From positions 38,696 through 102,695 of the forward strand of contig CAYPXH010000002.1 of NCBI GenBank assembly GCA_964414755.1: a stretch of DNA of 64,000 bases. Direction: 5' to 3'. The notes beneath the pieces were generated by a model that made no database searches, had not been told where the DNA came from, and saw only the letters and a program-made list of their open reading frames with translations. This document shows, piece after piece, positions 10,650-21,232 of this stretch (position 1 is the first letter of the stretch; every line of letters starts with the position of its first letter). The DNA comes from an uncultured Rhodospirillaceae bacterium. Lineage in GTDB: Bacteria > Pseudomonadota > Alphaproteobacteria > JAEUKQ01. The translations under genes were made by a program, and so were the position numbers.

Positions 10650-11552
10650 ATGAAAGTTTTATATCAGCGTTTTATGCAGGCTGTGGTCGGCGGTGCGTTG
10701 CTTCTGGCTGCCTCAACAGCCGTTGCCCAGCAATATCGCCCATGGAATGGCAGTACCAGTGATTTTCAAACGATGTTTCGCGAACTAAAAGACATGATTC
10801 GCGAAGCGGATCGCGCCAACGCAGCAGATCCAATTTTTTTGGATGACCTCAATGACTTTGTCCAGCGCTATGAACGACTAGTTTTGTCTGGTAACAACCC
10901 ACCATCTACTGCAGGTTGGTCAAGAGTCGTTTTATCAGACACTTTCCGAGATGGCAATTTTACGCAAAATCCTGCTTGGGTTGTTCGTTCAGGCGCTTGG
11001 CGTGTTGACAATGGCGGCAGTAGCGTTGGACTTCGTTCTTCGGTTTATTCCGCTTATTCTGGTAATAGTCAAGATGTCGCCCAGGCGTTGTTAGGGGCAT
11101 TATTTCAGCAGCCAGGCCAACAAAATTTTGCTGCTCAGGTTGCCCAGATTGCTGTTGCAGCAAAAATACCTAATAGTTTTCAGCTAAAGGTTGAATTTAA
11201 GTCCAGGGCTGCTGGTGGACGGCTGGATTTTATCGTCTATAATGTTCAAAGTGCTGGTTCATACGTTATATCTTATACACCTGGTTATGATAATGGGTTA
11301 CAGCTATTGCGTATTACGAATCGGGGAACAAATTTATTGGCAGGGTCCAATAACAATATTGTTCTTGAAGATGATAAATATCATACGCTTGAACTAAACA
11401 GAGATGGTAGGGGGATGATGAACCTACTGATCGATGGGCGGGTTGTTGCACGCGCCGAGGATAACAGCTTAAATCGTGGATTTGACAATTTAACGATCGC
11501 CAATGGCGGCGGAACATATTGGATCAAATCAGTAACAATTAACGGCCAGTAA
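10650..11552 (+). CDS. Secreted hypothetical protein with C-terminal concanavalin-A-like (LamG/lectin-like) beta-sandwich domain
   Basis: 300 aa with N-terminal signal peptide (AASTAVAQQ). Beta-rich C-terminal half. A sigma70-like TTGTGT-18-TATAAT lies upstream and an intrinsic terminator follows. Confidence 0.45.
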   Translation: MKVLYQRFMQAVVGGALLLAASTAVAQQYRPWNGSTSDFQTMFRELKDMIREADRANAADPIFLDDLNDFVQRYERLVLSGNNPPSTAGWSRVVLSDTFRDGNFTQNPAWVVRSGAWRVDNGGSSVGLRSSVYSAYSGNSQDVAQALLGALFQQPGQQNFAAQVAQIAVAAKIPNSFQLKVEFKSRAAGGRLDFIVYNVQSAGSYVISYTPGYDNGLQLLRITNRGTNLLAGSNNNIVLEDDKYHTLELNRDGRGMMNLLIDGRVVARAEDNSLNRGFDNLTIANGGGTYWIKSVTINGQ

Positions 11553-11575
11553 TTTATTTAAGCCAAATGTATTTT

Positions 11576-11606
11576 AAAAACCCGCCGGTCCTAGGCGGGT
11601 TTTTTA
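11576..11606 (+). terminator. Rho-independent terminator downstream of the 10650..11552 gene
   Basis: CCCGCC-ggtccta-GGCGGG hairpin followed by TTTTTT. Confidence 0.6.
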
Positions 11607-11720
11607 GTTATTTCTCGGTGATAAATAAAAAACTTGAAAAGGTTTTATTTTAGTGCTTCTTTGAGGAAAGAAGAGGGATATAGCCGTGACAATCTTTTCT
11701 TCCGATTTTACATAAGAAAC

Positions 11721-14369
11721 ATGCATAAAAACGATCAGGAATTACCTGCAACTCCAGCTCTATCGCAATATTTGCAGATCAAAAAACAGCAACAAAATAC
11801 CTTGCTGTTTTACCGCTTGGGCGATTTTTACGAGATGTTCTTTGAAGATGCTAAAAAGGCATCTGTAATTTTAGGTATAGCCCTTACCAAACGTGGCCAA
11901 TTTCAGGGTCAAGATGTGCCAATGTGTGGAGTGCCGGCACATGCAGCCGATAGTTATATTGCCAAACTTATTCAGCATGGGGAACGTGTTGCTATCTGTG
12001 AGCAGGTCGAGAACGCCGAACAGGCCAAAAAGCGTGGTAGCAAAAATATTATCGAGCGGCGTATCGTTCGTATCATAACACCTGGAACAATTACGGAAGA
12101 CAGCTTGCTAGATAACAAGCGTAATAATTATTTGGCAGCACTTATTGATAATAACGATTTATTGGCAATTGCTTGGATTGATTTGTCAACAGCGGACTTT
12201 TCGACAATTATAATTGGGAAAAATGATCTTGTATCTTGGCTTGAACGAATTAACCCAAAAGAATTATTAATTCCTGATGGGCGTGACACAATTTTACCTT
12301 CACAAATGCCAGAAAATTGGCAGAAAAATTTGGTTTACCGTCCCCAAGACCGATTTGAACAAAGATCGGCCAGGGGCCGATTGCTTAAGGCATATAATAC
12401 CCAAGCTCTTGATGGTTTTGGGGCATTTACCGATTTAGAAATTTGTGCCGCCGGTGCTTTAATCGAGTATATTGATTTAACACAACAAGGGCAATTTCCT
12501 GTTCTAAAGCCTTTAAAAAAAGTTTTAGATCATCAGGTAATGGCGATAGATGCGTTTACCTGGCGTAGTTTAGAAATTGATAAAACGCAATCAAATCGAT
12601 TTGAAGGTAGTTTGCTTCATGTTATCGATCGTAATTGTACTGCGGCCGGTGCAAGATGTCTTGCAACATGGTTAACCTACCCTCTAACAAATGTTGATCA
12701 AATTAACCAGCGCCAGTTGATTGTAGAATTTTTTGTAGCACACGAACAAATACGAGATCATGTGCGGCGGATTTTATCAAAAATGGCAGACTTACAACGT
12801 GCTTTGTCGCGGTTGATGGTCGGTCGCGGCACACCGCGCGATTTAGGTGCAATACAGGCATCCTTGCAGCATGTTATGGTTATTCGGCAAATTTTGAATG
12901 CAATAAGCCTACCCCAATCTTTACAACAGCTTGTTGGATCAATCAAAGATCATCAGGGATTAATTCAAATTCTATCGAAGGCATTGAGTGCGGTTTTACC
13001 AATAGACATAAAAGAAGGTGGTTTTATCGCGAGTGGTTATCATCCTGAACTTGATGAATGGCGCAAATTGCGTGACGGGGCAAAACAGCAGATTGTTGGA
13101 TTAGAAAACCGCTACCGTGATTTAAGCGGGGTTAACAGTTTAAAAATCAAGCACAATAACATTCTTGGTTATTATATTGAAACGACTGCACTGCAAGCCC
13201 AAAAATTGTTTGAAGATTCAGCAAAAACTTTTATACACCGGCAGACCATGGCTGGGTCTGTTCGTTTTATCACATCTGAACTTAATGATTTGCAGCAAAA
13301 AATTTTTCAATCAGCCGACAAAGTTATTGCCCTTGAAATAGAACTATTTCAAGAACTAGTTCAGCAAATAAAGAACCAGGCCGATTCTATCCAAATAACG
13401 GCTGATATTATCGCCCAATTAGATGTCTTGATATCTCTTGCCAGTTTGGCTGTTGAACAAGCTTATACCAGGCCAGTTGTTGATAATAGCCTTTATTTTG
13501 AAGTCACGGAGGGGCGGCACCCCGTTGTCGAGTTTATGTTACTCAAAAATAATCAAACTTTTATTGCTAATGATTGCCATGTTAATCCGGGGCAGCAACT
13601 GTGGCTAATAACTGGTCCAAATATGGCAGGAAAATCTACTTTTTTACGTCAGAATGCATTAATCGCTATCTTGGCTCAGATTGGCTCATTTGTGCCTGCA
13701 AAGAATGCCCGGATAGGTATTATCGACAAATTATTTAGTCGGGTTGGGGCAGCAGATGATTTAGCCCGCGGACAATCAACTTTTATGGTTGAAATGATCG
13801 AAACGGCTGCAATTCTAAACCAGGCCACAGCACGTTCTTTTGTAATATTTGATGAAATAGGCAGAGGTACATCGACCTTTGACGGCCTTTCAATTGCTTG
13901 GGCGATTTTAGAACATATGCATTCTAATGTCAAAAGCCGTTGTTTATTTGCAACCCATTATCGCGAATTGGCTAATCTTGAACAAAAACTTGCGTCATTG
14001 CGTTGTTATTGCTTTAAACTAAAGGAATGGCGTGATAACATCGTCTTTTTACATCAACTTGTGCTTGGAGTTGCTGATCGTTCATATGGTATTGACGTTG
14101 CACGATTGGCGGGTGTACCCAAAACGGTAACTGACCGCGCAAGAAATATTCTTGTGCAGTTAGAAAAAAACAATGAAAACCCCAAAAATGCTTATGTTCT
14201 GAAAGAAACATTGCCTTTATTCCAGGAAAAAGAGAAAACACCAACAGTTCACACTCAAACCCCACAGCTAACTATTATCGATGCGCTGATAGGAATGGAT
14301 TTAAACAATCTGTCACCAAAACAGGCCCTGGACAAACTTTATGAGCTGCAGAAAAAAGCGCTAGGGTAA
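11721..14369 (+). CDS. mutS: DNA mismatch repair protein MutS
   Basis: Mismatch-binding N-terminus (TPALSQYLQIKKQ, GDFYEMF). Walker A GPNMAGKST. ST-F-MVEM motif. C-terminal HTH. Start placed at ATG 11721 rather than the upstream TTG at 11634 of the six-frame ORF. Confidence 0.85.
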   Translation: MHKNDQELPATPALSQYLQIKKQQQNTLLFYRLGDFYEMFFEDAKKASVILGIALTKRGQFQGQDVPMCGVPAHAADSYIAKLIQHGERVAICEQVENAEQAKKRGSKNIIERRIVRIITPGTITEDSLLDNKRNNYLAALIDNNDLLAIAWIDLSTADFSTIIIGKNDLVSWLERINPKELLIPDGRDTILPSQMPENWQKNLVYRPQDRFEQRSARGRLLKAYNTQALDGFGAFTDLEICAAGALIEYIDLTQQGQFPVLKPLKKVLDHQVMAIDAFTWRSLEIDKTQSNRFEGSLLHVIDRNCTAAGARCLATWLTYPLTNVDQINQRQLIVEFFVAHEQIRDHVRRILSKMADLQRALSRLMVGRGTPRDLGAIQASLQHVMVIRQILNAISLPQSLQQLVGSIKDHQGLIQILSKALSAVLPIDIKEGGFIASGYHPELDEWRKLRDGAKQQIVGLENRYRDLSGVNSLKIKHNNILGYYIETTALQAQKLFEDSAKTFIHRQTMAGSVRFITSELNDLQQKIFQSADKVIALEIELFQELVQQIKNQADSIQITADIIAQLDVLISLASLAVEQAYTRPVVDNSLYFEVTEGRHPVVEFMLLKNNQTFIANDCHVNPGQQLWLITGPNMAGKSTFLRQNALIAILAQIGSFVPAKNARIGIIDKLFSRVGAADDLARGQSTFMVEMIETAAILNQATARSFVIFDEIGRGTSTFDGLSIAWAILEHMHSNVKSRCLFATHYRELANLEQKLASLRCYCFKLKEWRDNIVFLHQLVLGVADRSYGIDVARLAGVPKTVTDRARNILVQLEKNNENPKNAYVLKETLPLFQEKEKTPTVHTQTPQLTIIDALIGMDLNNLSPKQALDKLYELQKKALG

Positions 14370-14412
14370 CGAGAAAATCTGATAAAAACCTAAACTCAGT
14401 TGAAAATCCAAC

Positions 14413-14952
14413 CTAATTAGGTTGCGGTGCAGAAAGCTTACGTTTGTTCACGGTACCATCTGGGTTATCGCTGCCAAAAACAAGCTCAATTGTTAATTTC
14501 GACCACAGTTTGGAATAATCAACTTTATTAGGGATTACTATCTCAAGCACGCTTTCAACCATGCTTTTTTGACCCGAGCGTTCGGTTAATGGAACATTCA
14601 CCCCAACCCCACCACCAAATTGAACATTTCCACCGGTAAATGCCCCTACACCAACTCCAATACTCGGTACAAAGTGGCGATTGCCGGTATAAACCAGTTG
14701 TTGATGTTGTATTGTAGTTGATGATTGAAGAAAGGAAGACCCATTTTTAAGCTTAGCCTCTAAAACTGGTTGTTCATCTACAACCCTAATTAACAACGAT
14801 TTTTGATCAGAGCTAAGGCTAATATTTACGGAAGGGTTGAGCGTATATTGTGATGATGATGTGCATGCACTAAGAAAAATTAAAAGAAACAATGGTAAAA
14901 GTCTCATGCTGCTTGCTCCGATTCTAAGCTTGTTTAGAAGTGATAATAACAT
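14413..14952 (-). CDS. Putative lipoprotein (hypothetical)
   Basis: Signal peptide with lipobox FLSAC. Gly-rich beta region. True start is probably the internal Met (MRLLPLF...). Confidence 0.4.
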   Translation of the reverse strand: MLLSLLNKLRIGASSMRLLPLFLLIFLSACTSSSQYTLNPSVNISLSSDQKSLLIRVVDEQPVLEAKLKNGSSFLQSSTTIQHQQLVYTGNRHFVPSIGVGVGAFTGGNVQFGGGVGVNVPLTERSGQKSMVESVLEIVIPNKVDYSKLWSKLTIELVFGSDNPDGTVNKRKLSAPQPN

Positions 14953-15087
14953 GAATTATTAGTATAAACAACTTTTTCAACAGGATTTAACTGTATTTTT
15001 TCTCAAAGTAAGCCATAATTTTGCCATAATTCATAATTAATGCCATTTAAGTATCAGAAATAATCGGCCAAAAACTGACATAACAAC

Positions 15088-16635
15088 ATGACCCGCAAAG
15101 CAGCCACTTTATTCAAGTCAATCTTAACAATTGGCATATATACCCTTCTAAGCCGTTTTTTGGGCTTGCTGCGCGAAGTGTTGATGGCTTTTTATCTGGG
15201 TGCAAGCTGGATTACTGATGCTTTTATCGTTGCGCAGCGCTTGCCCAACATGTTTCGCAATCTAGTGTCCGAAGGTGCTTTTAACGCAGTTTTCGTTCCA
15301 AGTTTTTCGGATAATTTACATAAAAATGGCAAAGTATCTGCCAAAAAATTTGCGGAACAGATACAAAGCATTATGCTAAGCGGATTGTTTATTTTTGTTA
15401 TCTTGTTGCAATTGCTAATGCCTTGGCTTGTTCACATTATAGCTCCTGGTTATGCCGATACCCAGGAAAAAGCAACCATGGTTCAGGACTTGTCGCAAAT
15501 AACCATGCCTTATTTGCTTTTTATGTTTTTAACCGGCCTACAAAGTGCTGTTCTTGCGTCTTTGAACAAATTTGCTGCAGCTTCTGTGTCCCCTGTTATT
15601 TTAAATATTTGCCTTATTGGTGTACTTTATTTTCTTATTCCAGGTTCAAATCAACCGGGATATGTACTAGCTTGGACGCTTTTTGGTGCCGGAGCAGTAC
15701 AATTTCTTGTTACGGCTTTTTTCTGTTACAAGGCTGGCTTTCCCCTAGCTTTCATTTATCCAAGAAATAACGAAACAACGCGATTGTTTTTTAAAAAAAT
15801 GCTTCCAGGATTGATTGGGGCTAGCGTTACCCAAATTAATCTATTGGTTGGAACAATTATTGCAACTTGGCAGGATGGTGCCGTTTCGTACCTTTATTTT
15901 GCCGATCGGGTATATCAACTGCCTCTTGCTTTGCTGGGAACGGCGGCGGGTACTGCTTTACTGCCTATGTTAAGCCAGGCTCTGGCCCAAGATGATAAAC
16001 ATCAAGCCCACCAACTTCAGGGGCAGGGTATCTTTGTTGCCTTGTTGCTTGGAATTCCAGCAACTGTTATTCTTATGGCCGTGCCTTACCCCATAGTTAA
16101 TGTTCTGTTCGAGCGGGGGCAATTCACCTTAATCGATGCACAACAAACCAGTTTTGTCCTACAAATTATGGCAATGGGATTACCGGCCTATCTGTTGGTT
16201 AAAAGTTTATTACCGATTTTTTATGCTCGTCACGATACTAAAACACCTTTTCATTTTGCCCTAATATGTGTCGCTGCTAATATGGTTCTCAATATTGCCT
16301 TGTTTCCGTGGATTGGTTTTATCGGTATTGCTATTGCAACCGTTATTGCCAGTGCATTGAATGCTTGCTTGCTTTACATAGCGGCCAATAAGCGCGGGTA
16401 CCTGCAATTGCAGCGGGCAATTTGGATAGGGTTTATAAAAATGCTTATCGGCGGACTTTTTATGGGAGTTTTTCTTGTTTTGATTCCTGATTTATGGTCA
16501 TGGCCAACCACATTAATCGCAAGGGTTAGTTATTTGGTAATGGTTGTGCTGGTTGCAAGCGGTATTTATTTTGCTTGTCTTTTTCTCATGGGTGTTATTT
16601 CATGGAAAAAATTGCGTCGCAAAAGCTTTTCCTAG
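15088..16635 (+). CDS. murJ: Lipid II flippase MurJ (MviN)
   Basis: 515 aa, ~14 TM. N-terminal LSRFLGLLREVLMAFYLGAS is typical of MurJ. Conserved murJ-trpS adjacency. Confidence 0.85.
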   Translation: MTRKAATLFKSILTIGIYTLLSRFLGLLREVLMAFYLGASWITDAFIVAQRLPNMFRNLVSEGAFNAVFVPSFSDNLHKNGKVSAKKFAEQIQSIMLSGLFIFVILLQLLMPWLVHIIAPGYADTQEKATMVQDLSQITMPYLLFMFLTGLQSAVLASLNKFAAASVSPVILNICLIGVLYFLIPGSNQPGYVLAWTLFGAGAVQFLVTAFFCYKAGFPLAFIYPRNNETTRLFFKKMLPGLIGASVTQINLLVGTIIATWQDGAVSYLYFADRVYQLPLALLGTAAGTALLPMLSQALAQDDKHQAHQLQGQGIFVALLLGIPATVILMAVPYPIVNVLFERGQFTLIDAQQTSFVLQIMAMGLPAYLLVKSLLPIFYARHDTKTPFHFALICVAANMVLNIALFPWIGFIGIAIATVIASALNACLLYIAANKRGYLQLQRAIWIGFIKMLIGGLFMGVFLVLIPDLWSWPTTLIARVSYLVMVVLVASGIYFACLFLMGVISWKKLRRKSFS

Positions 16636-16665
16636 ATATTAAATTGTGTGGTTGGATAACAATAT

Positions 16666-17715
16666 ATGCAACAAAAAATTATTCTTTCTGGTGTACAGCC
16701 AACGGGTAATCTTCATTTAGGTAACTATCTTGGGGCAATTCGCAATTGGGTTGGATTGCAGGCTAAAAATCAGTGTTATTTTACTGTTGTTGATTTACAC
16801 GCCATTACTGTTTGGCAAGATCCAAAGCATTTACAACAGCAAACGCGTGAAATTGCTGCTGCCTTTATCGCGGCAGGGATTGATGTTCATCAGCATCCGG
16901 TATTTAACCAAAGTCAGGTTGAAGCCCATGCGCGGCTTGCCTGGATTTTAAGTTGTATCGCCCGGGTTGGGTGGCTTAATCGGATGATTCAGTTTCGGGA
17001 AAAAGCGGGTAAGGATCGTGAGAATGTTAGTGTTGGCCTGCTGACTTATCCAACCCTAATGGCTGCTGATATCTTGCTTTATCAGGCAACACATGTGCCG
17101 GTTGGCGAGGATCAAAAACAGCACATTGAGTTGACGCGCGATATTGCTCAAAAATTTAATAACGATTTTGGTGTGTCTTATTTTACCATGCCTGAGCCAA
17201 TGATTAATGGTCCAGCCACCCGTGTCATGAGTTTGCGTGATGGAACAAAAAAAATGAGTAAGTCTGACCCATCTGATTATAGTCGGATTAATTTATTGGA
17301 CACAACCGACCTAATTCAAGACAAAATTCGTAAAGCTAAAACCGATATATATCCAATCCCTGACCCTGGAATGCTTGACAATAATGGGCAATTTACATCG
17401 GATATAAAAGATACACGGCCTGAAGTTGTTAATTTGCTTAATATCTATAGTGCTGTTGCCGATCAACCATTGCATTTGGTTATGAATGAATTTGCTGGTC
17501 GCGAGTTTTCATTCTTCAAAAACAGGTTAACGGACTTGCTTGTGCACCATTTAACCCCAATTCAAAAGAAAATGAGCGACTTGTTAAACGATCGCAATAA
17601 TTTGGATGCCATATTGCGCGATGGCGTTGAAAAAGCCCGTAAGACTGCGAACAAAACGCTTCATGATGTTCACAAAATTGTTGGGTTTATCGAAACAGGA
17701 TACAAAAGTTTTTAA
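16666..17715 (+). CDS. trpS: Tryptophan--tRNA ligase
   Basis: Class I aaRS with HIGH-type motif ([15 protein letters not shown]) and KMSKS motif (KMSKS at aa ~195). Confidence 0.9.
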   Translation: MQQKIILSGVQPTGNLHLGNYLGAIRNWVGLQAKNQCYFTVVDLHAITVWQDPKHLQQQTREIAAAFIAAGIDVHQHPVFNQSQVEAHARLAWILSCIARVGWLNRMIQFREKAGKDRENVSVGLLTYPTLMAADILLYQATHVPVGEDQKQHIELTRDIAQKFNNDFGVSYFTMPEPMINGPATRVMSLRDGTKKMSKSDPSDYSRINLLDTTDLIQDKIRKAKTDIYPIPDPGMLDNNGQFTSDIKDTRPEVVNLLNIYSAVADQPLHLVMNEFAGREFSFFKNRLTDLLVHHLTPIQKKMSDLLNDRNNLDAILRDGVEKARKTANKTLHDVHKIVGFIETGYKSF

Positions 17716-17736
17716 CTCCAGGAAAACAGACCGATT

Positions 17737-18663
17737 ATGCAAATATATCTGCCAATTGCCGAACTATCAGTTGATGTGTTTGTTTTACTGATTCTGGGGT
17801 GGCTTGTGGGGTTTATTTCCGGTATATCGGGAATAGGGGCCAGTTTTTTAATGACCCCAACCTTGATATTTTTGGGGATACCATCGCCAGTTGCGGTTGC
17901 CAGCCAGGCAAACCAAGTGGTTGCAACATCGATTTCTGGAACTCTTGCCCAGTGGTCACGCGGGAATATCGACTTTAAAATGGGTGGAATACTGCTTCTA
18001 GGAGGGTTAGCGGGATCTAGCTTTGGGGTGTGGCTTTTCGGCTTTTTGGCGCGTATAGGTCAGGGCGATTTAGTTGTTGCGATAAGTTATATTATGTGCT
18101 TGGGCTGGATTGGTTTATTAATGCTTTGGGAAAGTTTACGTAGTGTATTCAAAAAACTACAAGCGTCAGCCAAAGTTAAAATACCGTTTTATCAGCGTGC
18201 TTGGGTGCAGGGTTTGCCATTTAAACGCAACTTTCCTCGCTCTAACCTTTATATCAGTTTATGGTTACCGATCATGATTGGTTTTGGTGTTGGGGTATTG
18301 TCGGCCATTATGGGGGTCGGCGGTAGCTTTTTGTTGGTGCCGGCAATGATTTATTTGCTGGGTATGCCTGTTACAGTTGTGGTTGGCACGTCACTTTTTC
18401 AGATGGTTTTTGTTACAGCCAACGTAACATTACAGCAAGCAATTCAAAACAATTCTGTTGATATTTTACTTGCGTTAATTTTGATGATCAGCGGTGTTGC
18501 CGGGACCCAGTGGGGTACAAAAATGTCTGGCAAGGTGCGTGGGGAATATGTGCGTTTTGTTTTTGCCCTTTTAATGCTTGGCGTTTGTGTTGGGCTAATT
18601 AACGAATTTCTTGTGGAACCAAGTTCTGTTTATTCCATTCGCACTGTAGGGGAATTGCGTTGA
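17737..18663 (+). CDS. TSUP-family (TauE/SafE) anion exporter membrane protein
   Basis: 308 aa, 8 TM. Two internal repeats with Gly-rich helices (GISGIGASFLMTP, GVGGSFLLVPAM). Confidence 0.65.
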   Translation: MQIYLPIAELSVDVFVLLILGWLVGFISGISGIGASFLMTPTLIFLGIPSPVAVASQANQVVATSISGTLAQWSRGNIDFKMGGILLLGGLAGSSFGVWLFGFLARIGQGDLVVAISYIMCLGWIGLLMLWESLRSVFKKLQASAKVKIPFYQRAWVQGLPFKRNFPRSNLYISLWLPIMIGFGVGVLSAIMGVGGSFLLVPAMIYLLGMPVTVVVGTSLFQMVFVTANVTLQQAIQNNSVDILLALILMISGVAGTQWGTKMSGKVRGEYVRFVFALLMLGVCVGLINEFLVEPSSVYSIRTVGELR

Positions 18664-19412
18664 AAAAATCAGGTAAATTTTTTGTCAGAATAGTTGTTAT
18701 CTCGTTGTTGACACTGTCGGTTGCTGGGGTAAGGGCTGATACCCTAATTGCTGATCTATCGAACCGGTTTATTGCAATTACCACTGGCTTTAGTGGAACA
18801 GATTTACTGGTATTTGGAGCGATTGATGTTCCTGGCGATATTGTGGTGATTGTTCAAGGTCCACCTACAGATGTTGTGGTGCGCCGCAAGGAAAGAATCG
18901 CCGGTTTTTGGGTTAACCGTGCAAATGTCACTTTTAAAAATATTCCTAGTTTTTATGCAATAGCCGCCAGTAAGCCGATAGAAGATATTCTATCACCCGA
19001 AATCCAGCAACAGCTAAATATAGGGCTAGAATATTTGCCAATGAAAACAGATGTCACACTAACACCATCCGAGACAAAAGAATTTCGCGAAGCGCTGATT
19101 GTGAACAAAAGGCTACAGCAACTTTATTATAGCAACATTCTACGTGTTAATTTTATGGGGCGCGAACTTTTTAGAACCAATATATCTTTTCCTTCGAATG
19201 TGCCAACGGGAGACTATTTATTAGATATTATGTTGGTGCGCGATAAAAACGTGGTTAGTGCTCAACAAACGCCTTTAAGTGTTACAAAAACAGGTTTTGG
19301 CGCAGAAATTTATGATTTTGCGCACCACAATGCTTTGTTATATGGTCTAGCAGCAATTGTTCTGGGGTTGTTTGGTGGTTGGGCTGGCTACGTATTTTTC
19401 CGTCGGAGGTAG
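18660..19412 (+). CDS. Alphaproteobacterial TIGR02186-type putative transmembrane protein
   Basis: 250 aa with N-terminal signal/TM and a C-terminal TM. Conserved neighbour of the TSUP gene in Rhizobiales, recalled from genome context rather than checked. Confidence 0.45.
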   Translation: MKKSGKFFVRIVVISLLTLSVAGVRADTLIADLSNRFIAITTGFSGTDLLVFGAIDVPGDIVVIVQGPPTDVVVRRKERIAGFWVNRANVTFKNIPSFYAIAASKPIEDILSPEIQQQLNIGLEYLPMKTDVTLTPSETKEFREALIVNKRLQQLYYSNILRVNFMGRELFRTNISFPSNVPTGDYLLDIMLVRDKNVVSAQQTPLSVTKTGFGAEIYDFAHHNALLYGLAAIVLGLFGGWAGYVFFRRR

Positions 19413-19416
19413 GTAC

Positions 19417-19905
19417 ATGAGTGCTATTGCAGCTGTAGATGATCATCGTCAGGTATTTTTAGTTGTTCTTGAATCAAGTATCGATATGAATCTACCACTT
19501 TACTATGCTTGCCGTATGGCAAAAAGGGTACATGGCCGTGTTTCATTACTTTATGTTATCGAGCCTAATGATTTAACCGAATGGCAATCGGTTGGTAATT
19601 TAATGTACGAGCAGCAACGCCAAGAAGCTGAAAGAGTTCTTCAAAAAGCAGCGACCTTTGTCCACGGTAATTCAGGAATTTTTCCAGCTCTTTTTATTAG
19701 AGAGGGCGGTAAAATTGATCAAACGGTTCAGCTTGCTGGGGAGGATGAATCGATCAGTGCGCTGGTTATTGTTGTTGATGTGCAGGGCAAGGCATCTGGT
19801 ACAATTTCCGCACAATGGAACGCCAAGCTATCGGCACGGCTTAAGGTGCCCTTAATCATTGTTCCTAATAACCTAACTGAAGAAGACATTCAGCGCGTCA
19901 CCTAG
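19417..19905 (+). CDS. Universal-stress-protein-like (adenine-nucleotide alpha-hydrolase-like) protein
   Basis: Start moved to ATG 19417 (RBS GGAGGT) after the stop of the preceding gene. ~160 aa with a Usp-like alpha/beta pattern. Confidence 0.4.
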   Translation: MSAIAAVDDHRQVFLVVLESSIDMNLPLYYACRMAKRVHGRVSLLYVIEPNDLTEWQSVGNLMYEQQRQEAERVLQKAATFVHGNSGIFPALFIREGGKIDQTVQLAGEDESISALVIVVDVQGKASGTISAQWNAKLSARLKVPLIIVPNNLTEEDIQRVT

Positions 19906-19974
19906 ACAGGGACTTGAAGATAAAAATTTTTGACCTATCTTCAAAATAGTTTTTTAAAATTTAGGATAGTAACC

Positions 19975-20526
19975 ATGTTTATTCAAACTGAAACGACACC
20001 TAACCCACAAACCATGAAATTTTTACCAAACCAAACAGTAACTGGTGGTGTTGGTGTTGATTTTTGCCGTTCGGATAAGACTACCTCTTCGCCCCTCGTG
20101 ACAAGATTATTTAAGATAGAAGGAGTTGAAGGGGTTTTTCTTGGTTATGATTTTATTACCGTTACAAAAAATCATGCGAAAGAATGGCAGGTTTTAAAAC
20201 CTGTATTATTAGCAGCTATCATGGATCATTTTACCAGTGGTCAGCCCGTGATGTTGTCATCGGCTAAAATTGCTGATTCAAAACTAGACGAACATGATGA
20301 TGATATAACAAAAAAAATTAAAGAATTATTAGAAACAAGGGTTCGTCCTGCCGTAGCCCAAGATGGTGGGGATATTGTTTTTGCTGATTTTAAAGAAGGT
20401 ATTGTTTATGTGCATTTGCGCGGGTCTTGTTCTGGGTGTCCAAGTTCAACTGCAACGTTAAAAGTAGGTATTGAAAATATGTTGCGTCACTATGTTCCCG
20501 AGGTAAAGCAAGTCCGGGCGGTTTAA
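19975..20526 (+). CDS. NifU-like Fe-S cluster scaffold/carrier (Nfu: Nfu_N + NifU C-terminal CxxC domain)
   Basis: N-terminal ETTPNPQTMKF (Nfu_N). C-terminal CSGCPSS motif. Start at ATG 19975 with RBS AGGAT. Confidence 0.8.
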   Translation: MFIQTETTPNPQTMKFLPNQTVTGGVGVDFCRSDKTTSSPLVTRLFKIEGVEGVFLGYDFITVTKNHAKEWQVLKPVLLAAIMDHFTSGQPVMLSSAKIADSKLDEHDDDITKKIKELLETRVRPAVAQDGGDIVFADFKEGIVYVHLRGSCSGCPSSTATLKVGIENMLRHYVPEVKQVRAV

Positions 20527-20566
20527 GCGGTGGTTGTGGGGTGATAATCAGCTGAGGGTTGTTCTT

Positions 20567-21121
20567 TCATTCCATTAATCGATTGGGAACTGCGCGGTCG
20601 CTATAAAGCGGGTAGCGCCGTGAATTAAAAAGTTGGTAATGCCACCATTCATTGCGGTAAAAATCCCAACCTGCAGCAGTCATAATACCCATCAGCAACA
20701 TTCTATTTTCTTGAGCTTTTGCGCTTATTTCCATTGCGCCATGATGAGATAGTGGGGTAAAATCGTCAAATTTTGTTCCCATATCCAGCTCACGCTTTAG
20801 GTGGTCAATTAAAGTTAGATCAACTGCTACACCACGCGAATGAGGTGATCCTTTTCGCGGATCTGCAACAAACCCTGGATCAGGAAACTGATGCCAAAGA
20901 ATCCATTGGGCTTCGGTTGGTCGGAAAGCATCGAAAATTTTAAGCCGATAACCAATATGTTTTGCAAGCTCTGAGGCTTTTTTAAGACACTTTGCTGCGT
21001 CTGTGTGTAAATAGCAAAACGAGTGACGGTATATTTTCTTCCCAGTAACGTTGTGTGGTGTAGCGTAGGCTAAAGATATTTCCAGGTCGAATTCGGAAGG
21101 GTTAATTAGGATTAGTGTCAT
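20567..21121 (-). CDS. D-alanyl-D-alanine dipeptidase (M15D, VanX/DdpX-like)
   Basis: 184 aa with the VanX-type zinc motifs SPHSRGVAVDLT (SxHxxGxAxD) and EWWHY. Confidence 0.7.
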   Translation of the reverse strand: MTLILINPSEFDLEISLAYATPHNVTGKKIYRHSFCYLHTDAAKCLKKASELAKHIGYRLKIFDAFRPTEAQWILWHQFPDPGFVADPRKGSPHSRGVAVDLTLIDHLKRELDMGTKFDDFTPLSHHGAMEISAKAQENRMLLMGIMTAAGWDFYRNEWWHYQLFNSRRYPLYSDRAVPNRLME

Positions 21122-21232
21122 TCTAGGCTTGTTTCGCTTGATTTCGTGTAGTATTTATTGGATAGAACATAAAAAATTTCAAGCTCATACTACTACCATG
21201 AATAATGATTTTAGAAAAAACTAAAGACAAAT

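Noticed and set aside
11634-11720. Upstream TTG start giving a 911-aa MutS
   Set aside because: The 29-aa extension (MKRFYFSASLRKEEGYSRDNLFFRFYIRN) is not MutS-like. The conserved mismatch-binding N-terminus begins right after ATG 11721.
14405-14428. Perfect palindrome CAACCTAATTAGGTTG
   Set aside because: It overlaps the stop codon of the minus-strand lipoprotein gene, has no flanking U-tract, and occurs once. Treated as a chance or coding-constrained dyad.
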